Positions 49,241 to 57,812 of a stretch of DNA of 64,000 bases are shown one piece after another. This DNA comes from Promethearchaeati archaeon (GTDB lineage Archaea; Asgardarchaeota; Heimdallarchaeia; Heimdallarchaeales; Heimdallarchaeaceae): assembly GCA_013166775.1 (NCBI GenBank), contig JABLTJ010000005.1:139-64138 (forward strand). Direction: 5' to 3'. Each line of letters starts with the position of its first letter. Position 1 is the first letter of the stretch. A program made the position numbers and the translations under genes. Below the pieces are notes generated by a model. It saw nothing but the letters and a program-made list of their open reading frames with translations. It had not been told where the DNA came from and did not search any database.

Positions 49241-49915
49241 ATGAAGATTTTTGATAACATAATTCTAATTCCAGGTGGTGGAAATTGTTATCTTATCGAA
49301 CGAGAGCAAGAGTGCGTGTTAATAGATACTGGAATGTCAAAGAAAGCATCAAAGTTAATAAAGACAATAAATAGAAATTTCCCATATAAACCTCTAGAAG
49401 CTATTATACTTACCCATTCTCATCAAGATCATATAGGAGGGACAGAAGAGCTTAGAAAATTATACAAACCATCAATCATAGCTCACGAAAAAGAAACTCC
49501 ATATATTGAGCAAACAAAAAAATTGCCTAGTTTTGAAGGTTTTGGTGGTTTTATGCTAAAAATACTAGAAGGAATGCTAGGTAGTCCTAGTTCTAAAGTG
49601 GATAAAAAAGTAGTGGACAATGATGTTGTATATGGTTTAAAAATCATGCATCTACCTGGCCATACTCCAGGAACTATTGCATTAGTTGATGTAGAGAACC
49701 AAATTTTATTCTGTGGTGATATCATTAATGCAGACAAGAAAGGGAAAAAAATATTACCACCAAAGAAAGCTTATGCTATTGATTATGAACAAGCATTAAA
49801 ATCATCAATAAAGATGTTGGAAGTAACATCACCGAGTGTTATTTTACCAGGTCATGGATCTCCAATTCTTGAACCAGAAAAGGCAATAAAAATGTATTTA
49901 GATGAATATAGATAG
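49241..49915 (+). CDS. metallo-beta-lactamase-fold hydrolase
   Basis: 224 aa. Motifs: THSHQDHIGG, HLPGHTPG and LPGHG. Confidence 0.8.
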   Translation: MKIFDNIILIPGGGNCYLIEREQECVLIDTGMSKKASKLIKTINRNFPYKPLEAIILTHSHQDHIGGTEELRKLYKPSIIAHEKETPYIEQTKKLPSFEGFGGFMLKILEGMLGSPSSKVDKKVVDNDVVYGLKIMHLPGHTPGTIALVDVENQILFCGDIINADKKGKKILPPKKAYAIDYEQALKSSIKMLEVTSPSVILPGHGSPILEPEKAIKMYLDEYR

Positions 49916-49923
49916 GTGTACTT

Positions 49924-51576
49924 GTGTTTCGTAAATCTGCATACTTCTCTGCACTAATATTGGGGAAAATAGCAATAATTTTTCTCATTCTTTACTTCAA
50001 TTTGGGAATGTTTGGATTTGATTCTTATATCCATCTTCAGTATGTAGATTCTATCTTAACAAATGGTCACATAACAGAACTTAGTATTGCACAATCTTAC
50101 TACGATTTTGTAGGTTTTCATGTTTTTGCATCTGCTATATCATCCTTAACCGGGTTAAGCGCAGAAATGCTTTATGAGTTCATAAGCACCATCCTACCTA
50201 TTCTAATATTCGATTTATCAATAGTTGCCTTTATTCATCATACTGGAAAGAAGAAAAAGGGTTATGATTCTCAAGATTTTAATCTTCAATATCTCGCTCT
50301 TGTGCTCCTATTCCCATCCATTATTGGAATTCAAATGTTCCTAGGTAGACCTAATTCACTAGGAATCAGTTTATTCTGTTTGTGTTTGTACCTTTATCTT
50401 TGCAAACCTGAAAGTTTCAGAGCACAACTTATTGCAGGTTTCCTTGCTATAGTCACTGTTAAAGTTCATCATTTATCTGCTGTTTTCTTACTACCTGTTA
50501 TCCTCTTTGTAAGCATATTCCTTGCTGAAGATTACAAGTCAATTTTATCACTCGTTTATGCCCTACCTGCTGTTATTATAGTCAATACTATACTCAATTC
50601 TAGAGAATTTAATATTGTGAATTATTACTTTACGAGAAACGAGTTCTATGAGGTGCTCTACAATGTTTTTATAAAGAACATGTTCTCATTACTTGTGCTC
50701 TGGGTAATCATAACTTTGATAGGTTTTCTGATAAGAAAACGGTACGGAAAAAGAGTATCGGAATTTTTCACTAAGCAAAAATTTTCAAAAATATCTCTTA
50801 TAATAATAGCTGGAGGGATGGTTATTGTACAAATCATAGGATTATTTTTTTACACTTCCAATCTTCCCTCTTGGTATGTTTCTACAGAGCTTGTAATTCT
50901 TTTTCTTTTAAGTGGGGTAGCCTTAATTAAACCTAATAGAGTGAAATATGCACTTTTTATTCTAGGTTTTTGTTTTTATGGCTTAACTGTAATTTTTTCT
51001 CTTGTGTTTAGTGCTACAGAACATGAGCTTTCTTGGGTAGCACCTAGAACATTTGTTTTTACAATCATTTTTGTTGGAATTCTTAGTTTTCTATCTATTT
51101 CTGGATTCTTAAAATCTCTGAAGAAAAAGTGGGCAACTCTTCTTGTAGTTGTTCTACTCTTTAATTCTTATCTCAGCCTTGCTTACATAGGAGATCAATA
51201 TCTTCCAGGTTATAACCTAACCAATGAGTACTATGACTTAACTTTTGCTTATAATATTGAAACAAATGTTGATTTTGCTAGCTCAACAATCAGTATGCCA
51301 TTTTCTATTTCAAAATTTATTACAGGAATTAATATTTACACTATACCTCAGTTGTTGGATTCTAATTCTTCAATGAAAACGAATGCACTTCGCATGAAAT
51401 CATTCTTTTTCATAAGATATATAGTGATTGGTGAAGTAATGGATCAATGGCTTGGAACACCAATAAAACTTACGCCAGAAGAACTCATGTTTTACGTTTG
51501 CTTGAATTATAATAATATACCTTTATTCCATTTGATAACAAGTAATGGGAAAAATTTCTTACTTTATAGGACTTAG
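49924..51576 (+). CDS. polytopic membrane protein, possible GT-C-fold glycosyltransferase
   Basis: 550 aa (GTG start, with AGGTG 5 nt upstream), at least 12 TM helices and a soluble tail of about 130 aa. The first loop, FGFDSYIHLQY, resembles the acidic first-loop motif of STT3/AglB-like GT-C enzymes. There is no WWDYG motif. Confidence 0.4.
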   Translation: MFRKSAYFSALILGKIAIIFLILYFNLGMFGFDSYIHLQYVDSILTNGHITELSIAQSYYDFVGFHVFASAISSLTGLSAEMLYEFISTILPILIFDLSIVAFIHHTGKKKKGYDSQDFNLQYLALVLLFPSIIGIQMFLGRPNSLGISLFCLCLYLYLCKPESFRAQLIAGFLAIVTVKVHHLSAVFLLPVILFVSIFLAEDYKSILSLVYALPAVIIVNTILNSREFNIVNYYFTRNEFYEVLYNVFIKNMFSLLVLWVIITLIGFLIRKRYGKRVSEFFTKQKFSKISLIIIAGGMVIVQIIGLFFYTSNLPSWYVSTELVILFLLSGVALIKPNRVKYALFILGFCFYGLTVIFSLVFSATEHELSWVAPRTFVFTIIFVGILSFLSISGFLKSLKKKWATLLVVVLLFNSYLSLAYIGDQYLPGYNLTNEYYDLTFAYNIETNVDFASSTISMPFSISKFITGINIYTIPQLLDSNSSMKTNALRMKSFFFIRYIVIGEVMDQWLGTPIKLTPEELMFYVCLNYNNIPLFHLITSNGKNFLLYRT

Positions 51577-52728
51577 GTGAAATTTGTGGATTCGTTGAGA
51601 ATAGTACAAGTAACTCCTTTCTTTGGTTCCAAAAGCTATGGTGGTACTGAAAGATATGTGAGTCATTTATCAAAGGAACTGGCAAGAAGAGGACATTATA
51701 TAGATGTTTTTACAACCAAGAAATCAACAAAGATTCCATATCAAACATATTATGAGAATATGACTGTCCATCGTTTTTATAGTCCATGGAATGTTTTTGG
51801 TATTAATCCAGCTTGTATAATGCTTCATAAATTACTAAAATTAAAAGAAGTAGATGTTTTTCATGTGCATTCTTTCATTTACTTCACAACAATACAAGCG
51901 GCAATTGCAAAGCTGTTCAAACAAAAACCACTTCTTCTGCACATTCATGGCGGTGTAGGATCTCCTCCATACAAAACTGGATTTGTTAAGGAATTTGCAA
52001 AGAAATTCTACGATTATACTTTGGGAAGATTCGTTTTATCACAAGCTGATGTGATTGCTTCGGTTAGTAGTTATGATAAAGATCTTCTAGAACATAGCCT
52101 ACACAGGAATCCAAAAAGACTAACTATTATAAACAATGCAATAAATCCAGAAATATTTCCAGAAATTGTTCCTAGAATAGAGAAAGAATACAACATTGCA
52201 TACATTGGAGATCTTGAACCTTGGAAAGGTGTATCATATTATATACTAGCAATTCAAAAACTTCTAAAAGAAACAAAAAATCTCTCGTTTTGGTTTATTG
52301 GGTATGGTTCACTCTTTCCTTTACTGCAAAAGAAATTTGGTAAAGAGAAAAGAGTGAAATTATTCGGTGCAGTTGATCATTCCAAAATTCCTTCTCTTCT
52401 AGAAAAAGTACATGCGTTAATTCTCCCTAGTTTCTGGGAAGGTTCTCCCACAACAATTATAGAAGCAATGGCAATGGGGATTCCTGTAATTGCTTCAAAT
52501 ATAGGAGATATTCCTAGACTTCTTAGGAGAGGAAAAGATGGAGTGCTTTTCGAAGCGGGAAATGTTCAATCCTTAGAAGATGCTATTCTGAATGTAGTTG
52601 ATAATTATTCTTCATACGTGAAAAAAGCCCAAACAGCTAGGAAGAGAATAAGAAGAGAGTATTCTTTTAATCATGTTACAGATCAGATTGAGAAATTATA
52701 TTATCAGATGGCAGGAAAAACAACATAG
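51577..52728 (+). CDS. GT4-family glycosyltransferase
   Basis: 383 aa. Motifs: RIVQVTPFF, GGTERYVSHLSKEL and EGSPTTIIEAMAMGIPVIASN. The start abuts the stop of the previous gene; alternative starts are at 51586 and 51595. Confidence 0.85.
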   Translation: MKFVDSLRIVQVTPFFGSKSYGGTERYVSHLSKELARRGHYIDVFTTKKSTKIPYQTYYENMTVHRFYSPWNVFGINPACIMLHKLLKLKEVDVFHVHSFIYFTTIQAAIAKLFKQKPLLLHIHGGVGSPPYKTGFVKEFAKKFYDYTLGRFVLSQADVIASVSSYDKDLLEHSLHRNPKRLTIINNAINPEIFPEIVPRIEKEYNIAYIGDLEPWKGVSYYILAIQKLLKETKNLSFWFIGYGSLFPLLQKKFGKEKRVKLFGAVDHSKIPSLLEKVHALILPSFWEGSPTTIIEAMAMGIPVIASNIGDIPRLLRRGKDGVLFEAGNVQSLEDAILNVVDNYSSYVKKAQTARKRIRREYSFNHVTDQIEKLYYQMAGKTT

Positions 52729-52794
52729 AATTCCTTGAAATTCAGAAGAAATTATTTCCATTAAGTTTTAAATGAGGATAAAAGATGTAATTTA

Positions 52795-52893
52795 GGTGGT
52801 AAAGTGGTCGAACAGAGGGAATATGAAATGGTTTCCCGAAAAGGGATTTAGTAACTCTTTTGATCAGTTAGTTAGAGTATAGTATAGACCACC
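52795..52893 (+). other. candidate structured RNA element upstream of metG
   Basis: This is a relatively GC-rich patch in an AT-rich spacer. The closing helix is GGTGGT or GTGGTC (52795-52809) paired with GACCACC (52887-52893). Inner hairpins are GGGAA/TTCCC and ACTCT/AGAGT. I recognise no family. Confidence 0.2.
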
Positions 52894-52906
52894 AAAAATT
52901 TATTAC

Positions 52907-52926
52907 AAACAGATTTATCTGTTTTT
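52907..52926 (+). terminator. hairpin plus T-run (terminator-like) in the metG leader
   Basis: AAACAGAT-TT-ATCTGTTT is an inverted repeat immediately followed by TT, so the 3' arm runs into GTTTTT. Confidence 0.25.
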
Positions 52927-53045
52927 AATTGTTAACTTTATAATAACGAGTGTAGAATCTATCCGAAACACACAAAAAGCAATCAGTTTTCTACAATCTG
53001 GGAAGTGTAACCAATCAAAGAACAATACATTAAGGGTGATTGATA

Positions 53046-54761
53046 ATGTCTGAAGAAAAGTGGGTGATCACAGCTGCTTGGCCTTATGTAAATAATATTC
53101 CTCATCTGGGAACATTTTCACAGTTATTGTGGGGTGATGTAATCACACGTTACCATAAACTTCGAAAACATGATACTCTTTATGTAAGTGGATCTGATGC
53201 TCATGGCACACCTATAGTGGTTGCAGCAGAAGAGGAAGGAGTCTCACCTATCGAATTAGCAATGAGATATCACAATCGAACATTGGAGCTGTTAGACGAA
53301 TGGAATATTGAATTTGATAAGTATACAATAACTCATAATCCATTACACATATCTTTTGTTCAAGAATTTCATAAAAAAATTCATCAGAATGGTTATTTTA
53401 AACTCAAGGAAACTGAACAACACTATTGTGAACACGATCAAAGATTTCTACCAGATCGTTTCGTTGAAGGTATTTGTCCAGTTTGTAATATTAAAGGAGC
53501 AAGAGGAGACCAGTGTAATAATCCAGAATGTGAGGTGATTCTCAAACCTACTGATTTAATTGAGCCGCATTGTATAACTTGTCATAAAACTCCAGTACTT
53601 AAGAAAACTAGTCATTGGTATTTTGATCTTCCTGCGTTTTCAGACGCATTAAAAAAATTCGCAGAAGAGAATCCTCATATTCCCTCATTTGCTAAGCAAA
53701 AACTACTAAGTATGATCGAAGAAGGATTAATAGAACGTCCGATTTCCAGAGATATGACTTGGGGGATTCCAATTGATCCAATATTTGGAGAGGAATATAT
53801 AAACAAAGTATTGTATGTATGGTTTGAGAATGTGCTTGGTTATATTAGCACAGTGAAATTTATTGCAGAAGAACAAGGAAAACCCGAACTTTTTGATGAA
53901 TTCTGGTTGGATAAAAACACAAAAACTGTATTCTGTATTGGAAAAGACAACATAATATTTCATGCTTTAATCTTTCCTGCCATGCTTTTAGCTACAAGGG
54001 ATTCTTATCCTTTGCCTTATGCTGTTGCAACTACAAACTTTATTCAATTTAAAGAGGGGCCATTCTCTAAATCGAAAGGTATTGGAATTTGGTGTGATGA
54101 AGCTACAGCTACACTGCCTGCTGATTACTGGAGATATTATTTAAGCAATAATAGGGCTGAGCTAAAGGACACTTATTTTGATTGGGATGATTTTGCTTCC
54201 AATGTCAATGTTGATCTTAATGATGTAACTGGTAATTTTATTCATAGAACAATAACATTTATTGGACAACATTTTCAGAGCAAAATTCCTGAAAGAGGGA
54301 ATTTAACTGAAGAGGAAAATGGCATTCTTGCTCAGGTAAAGAAGAATATAGATCTTTATCTCAACGCTATGGATAATTTCAAACTTAAGGATGCAACAAA
54401 AATTGCTATAAATGTGGCGAGATTAGGTAACCAATATTTCTCATCAGTAGAACCCTGGCATCTAATAAAGAAAGACAAGAAAAAGACTGCTACCGTTCTT
54501 AATCTATCTGCTAAAATTTCTGAAGTTATTTCAGTGCTTTTATGGCCCATCATTCCTGAAACAGCAGAGAAAATCTGGGGATCTCTTGGTTTTCAAGGTA
54601 AACCAGTTGATAAGGGAATAGACGCAATTGATATGAATGAGACACATGCTGGACAAGAGATTAAAAAAATCAAACCAGTTTTTCATAAAGTAAAAGCAGA
54701 CGAAATTCAAAAGAAATGGAATGAAGTGAGGAAAAAGGTTAAGGGAAAAGAAAAAAAGTGA
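53046..54761 (+). CDS. metG: methionyl-tRNA synthetase (core enzyme, lacking the C-terminal tRNA-binding domain)
   Basis: Motifs: PYVNNIPHLGT (HIGH-like), zinc knuckles CPVC...CNNPEC and CITC, and PFSKSKG (KMSKS). The track starts at TTG 53040; ATG 53046, preceded by GGGTGAT, is the likely start. Confidence 0.95.
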   Translation: MSEEKWVITAAWPYVNNIPHLGTFSQLLWGDVITRYHKLRKHDTLYVSGSDAHGTPIVVAAEEEGVSPIELAMRYHNRTLELLDEWNIEFDKYTITHNPLHISFVQEFHKKIHQNGYFKLKETEQHYCEHDQRFLPDRFVEGICPVCNIKGARGDQCNNPECEVILKPTDLIEPHCITCHKTPVLKKTSHWYFDLPAFSDALKKFAEENPHIPSFAKQKLLSMIEEGLIERPISRDMTWGIPIDPIFGEEYINKVLYVWFENVLGYISTVKFIAEEQGKPELFDEFWLDKNTKTVFCIGKDNIIFHALIFPAMLLATRDSYPLPYAVATTNFIQFKEGPFSKSKGIGIWCDEATATLPADYWRYYLSNNRAELKDTYFDWDDFASNVNVDLNDVTGNFIHRTITFIGQHFQSKIPERGNLTEEENGILAQVKKNIDLYLNAMDNFKLKDATKIAINVARLGNQYFSSVEPWHLIKKDKKKTATVLNLSAKISEVISVLLWPIIPETAEKIWGSLGFQGKPVDKGIDAIDMNETHAGQEIKKIKPVFHKVKADEIQKKWNEVRKKVKGKEKK

Positions 54762-54768
54762 TGATAAA

Positions 54769-55095
54769 ATGGAAAGAATAAATTATGAGGATTTCAAGAA
54801 AGTTAATCTTAAAATCGCAACAATAAGAAGCGCAATTAATATTGACAAAAGTAAAAATTTGATTAAATTACAAATTGATTTAGGTACAGAAGAAAGGCAA
54901 ATACTAGCAGGGATTAAGCAATATTACAAACCTGAGGATTTGGTTGGAAAGCAAATTGTTGTTGTCACAAATCTTAAACCTGCTACTCTAATGGGTGAAA
55001 AATCTGATGGTATGTTATTAGCAGCAGATATTGATGGAGAACCAATTTTACTGAATTTAGATAAACCTGTACCACCAGGAACAGAAGTAAAATAA
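54769..55095 (+). CDS. stand-alone tRNA-binding domain protein (Trbp111/CsaA/MetRS C-domain-like)
   Basis: 108 aa. FKKVNLKIATIRSA...KLQIDLGTEERQILAGI...GKQIVVVTNLKPATLMGEKSDGMLLAA is the OB-fold tRNA-binding domain that is normally fused to long MetRS. Confidence 0.85.
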   Translation: MERINYEDFKKVNLKIATIRSAINIDKSKNLIKLQIDLGTEERQILAGIKQYYKPEDLVGKQIVVVTNLKPATLMGEKSDGMLLAADIDGEPILLNLDKPVPPGTEVK

Positions 55096-55273
55096 TGTAT
55101 TATCTTCCAATATCAAACAGAATGCAGTTTTAGCATGAAGGTGTTAATTTTTCTTCTCGTTTTTTCTATAATGAACATATGGGTAACTTACGCGAAAATA
55201 GAGAAGTATATTCTCCTAATATTACATCTCCTTTAAATAATCGACACAAAGGAAAATTAGAGGTGTCAAAAGA

Positions 55274-55429
55274 ATGAAATTAGTGACAGTACATCTACCA
55301 GATGAGTTCCTTCATGATTTAGATGAATTAGTAAGATTGAAAAGATATCCAAATAGGAGTGAATGCATAAGAGTTGCAATTCGCGATTTACTTAAAGAAG
55401 AAATGTGGAATAAAAACAATGCTTTCTAA
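55274..55429 (+). CDS. small ribbon-helix-helix protein (not in ORF track, 51 aa)
   Basis: My translation is MKLVTVHLPDEFLHDLDELVRLKRYPNRSECIRVAIRDLLKEEMWNKNNAF. AGGTG lies 8 nt upstream. It is a paralog of the RHH at 40391 (LP.EF...LDE.V....Y..RSE.IR.A.RD). Confidence 0.6.
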   Translation: MKLVTVHLPDEFLHDLDELVRLKRYPNRSECIRVAIRDLLKEEMWNKNNAF

Positions 55430-55512
55430 TTCCTATTATTTTCTTCCAAGTTAATGAGTGATCCAACTTTTCACTCTGATTTACCCTTTTACTTGAAATT
55501 GTAAAAAGTTTC

Positions 55513-56157
55513 TTAAAAATGAATTTGAAAAGATCTCACTATTTTTTCTGGGATTGATAAATGAGTTCCACCTGAGGTTGTTTTTCTTTTTCTGATTAAT
55601 TCTAATAATCCTTCAACACTTTCTGTTGGTTCTTCCACGACAGTATACGCCATACCCACATCTTTAGCTCTATGAGCATCGCTGCCTCCTGTTTCAGGAA
55701 GATTATTTTCAAGTACCCAACGTTTTGCTTTTTCATTGAATCTTTGAAAAGGACATGAAGCGTTCTGTGTCTCAATAGCAACATTACTAAGTTTGTATAC
55801 TTTTTTTCCAATTCCTTTTCTGGTAAAATCAAAGGGGTGAGAAATTACAGGTAGTCCCCCTAGTTCATCAATTCTCTCAATTGTTTCTTCTACAGTCATC
55901 CTTTTTGGGATATCTTCAACTATTCCCAATCCAATTATATGACCTTTACTAGTAGAAATTTCAATCCCTGGGATGATCATTATTTTACTCTTGAAGTGTT
56001 CATTTCTATGAAACCTTGTAGTATTATGATCAGTAACAGCAATTCCTGTCAGATTCTTCTTTTCTGCAATTTTAATTAGATCTCTTGGTTTGCTTTTACA
56101 ATCAGTAGAATAGTGGCTGTGAACGTGCAAATCAAAAAGTACGTTTGAAGAGTGCAT
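55513..56157 (-). CDS. PHP-domain metal-dependent phosphoesterase
   Basis: 214 aa. Motifs: FDLHVHSHYSTDC, AVTDHN and GGSDAH. Confidence 0.8.
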   Translation of the reverse strand: MHSSNVLFDLHVHSHYSTDCKSKPRDLIKIAEKKNLTGIAVTDHNTTRFHRNEHFKSKIMIIPGIEISTSKGHIIGLGIVEDIPKRMTVEETIERIDELGGLPVISHPFDFTRKGIGKKVYKLSNVAIETQNASCPFQRFNEKAKRWVLENNLPETGGSDAHRAKDVGMAYTVVEEPTESVEGLLELIRKRKTTSGGTHLSIPEKIVRSFQIHF

Positions 56158-56819
56158 TATTCATCACTTGTTTCTTGTTCCTCTTCTTCAAATACTAAAC
56201 GCTCTAATTCATCTAAATCAGTTATACCTACTAAGTCTTCTTCCTTTGCATGAGAGACCCATAATTTTTCTTTATCACCTTTTAATTCTCTCATCCTCTC
56301 TTCAATATACTTGTAAACAGTACTGTGTTTTGCTCCATTAATTAGTCTAATAATGCCTTCTCTTACGAATTGCAGTTTTCTAAACTCACCAACTAAACCT
56401 ACTGTATTACCGAAAACAGAGATATTTACACCAGCCATCTGTTCAATGGTATTTCTAGTTCTCCCTTTCTGGCCTATTAATCTTGATTTAACTTCTCTTA
56501 AAGAATTTAGGGAAGTTCCAACATAATCTCTTAACTGTATTAAATCAAAGCCGGATCCAGAATCGTTTATCTTGTAGGCATTATGTGGACTGAAACCTCT
56601 TCCAATAGCCTTTATCATATCTCTAGCCTTCCAAAGACTAACTGGATTCTCTAATTCTTCCTCTGCAAGAATAATAACGTCGCCACTATTGCTGTCAATC
56701 TTAAGTGTGCATTCAGTTAGTTCTTCGATTTTCTTCTTTACGCTACCTTTAGGACCAATTAGTACCGCAATCCTTTCAAGCGGGATTCTAACTAGAAATT
56801 CACTTGACATTTTCTGCAC
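56157..56819 (-). CDS. KH-domain RNA-binding protein (Dim2/Pno1 homolog)
   Basis: 220 aa. It has two KH modules (ERIAVLIGPKGSVKKKIE and LIGQKGRTRNTIEQMAGV), AIGRGFSP, and an acidic tail. It lies in the conserved aIF1A-Rio1-KH gene order. Confidence 0.8.
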   Translation of the reverse strand: MQKMSSEFLVRIPLERIAVLIGPKGSVKKKIEELTECTLKIDSNSGDVIILAEEELENPVSLWKARDMIKAIGRGFSPHNAYKINDSGSGFDLIQLRDYVGTSLNSLREVKSRLIGQKGRTRNTIEQMAGVNISVFGNTVGLVGEFRKLQFVREGIIRLINGAKHSTVYKYIEERMRELKGDKEKLWVSHAKEEDLVGITDLDELERLVFEEEEQETSDE

Positions 56820-56821
56820 CT

Positions 56822-57667
56822 TTAAAATTCCATTGATTTAATTTTTTGGCTAGGGGGTGTTTCTGTTATTTGTTCATAAAGTTCATCATTTGAGAGTGTT
56901 TGCACCCCTAGAGAAGTAAAGTATCTATTGATGTTACTTATATCCCTATACAAAAAGACTGAAGCATAAGGATGATCAAGCAAAACTGCTTGTGAAACAT
57001 CAATAATGACAGGTTTTTTCTTATGAAATAGAACGTTATACTCGCTGAGATCTGCATGAACCAAATTTCCGTCATCGAAGAGTTTAAACAAAAAATCCAC
57101 TACTTCAGCATATACTTTATTTGGCTTTTTTAGTTTTACATCCTTTAACAAAGGAGCTGCGTCTTGATTCTCCCCTATGAACTTCATTACTACTACATTC
57201 TTGGAAACCGCTATTGGAGACGGAACAAGAATCTTGGCTTTTTGCATCCTTTGAAGATTTTTATACTCTTTTTTTGCCCAAGTATAGATGAAAGCATATG
57301 TTCCTTTTTTATAACTTTTAAATCTTGGATCACCTTCTACATACATCCAGTTTCTCTTAAATTCAGCTGTAGTTGTGCGATAGATTTTTACTGCTAATTC
57401 TTCGTTTTCAACGCCATAAGCATGGTATACATTAGCTTCTTTTCCTGTTGAAACAACAAAACTAATTTCTTTCAAAACACCTTTATTTATTAGTTTAAAA
57501 ATAACCATTCTTGTTTGATCATCAAAGACACTCTCAATTACTTTAAGCATATCTTTATCCTTTTCTTTGATCCTTTCTTTATCCAATTTTTGATCAATAG
57601 TATCGATTTGCTTATCCGACATTCTTATCACGATATTATTCTGTAATTGAGTGTGAGTTATCATCAA
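56822..57667 (-). CDS. rio1: RIO1-type serine/threonine protein kinase
   Basis: 281 aa. Motifs: VFDDQTRMVIFKL, STGKEANVY, LVHADLSEYN and IDVSQAV. Confidence 0.9.
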   Translation of the reverse strand: MMITHTQLQNNIVIRMSDKQIDTIDQKLDKERIKEKDKDMLKVIESVFDDQTRMVIFKLINKGVLKEISFVVSTGKEANVYHAYGVENEELAVKIYRTTTAEFKRNWMYVEGDPRFKSYKKGTYAFIYTWAKKEYKNLQRMQKAKILVPSPIAVSKNVVVMKFIGENQDAAPLLKDVKLKKPNKVYAEVVDFLFKLFDDGNLVHADLSEYNVLFHKKKPVIIDVSQAVLLDHPYASVFLYRDISNINRYFTSLGVQTLSNDELYEQITETPPSQKIKSMEF

Positions 57668-57812
57668 CAGAGTAAATTTACTCTTGGAGGTGATTAAATT
57701 TATGGCTTGCGCTTATAGTATCATTAACAATCAGAATTAAATAAAACTATTGTTAAAGCTAAAAAACACGCATACAAATTAACTTTTCTTCTCGCATACA
57801 ATTTGTGTTTAA

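Noticed and set aside
49924-51576. Calling the 550-aa membrane protein an AglB/STT3 oligosaccharyltransferase to partner the ribophorin-like gene
   Set aside because: It has no WWDYG motif and no large C-terminal periplasmic domain. Only the first-loop motif resembles STT3. I kept it as a generic GT-C-like candidate.
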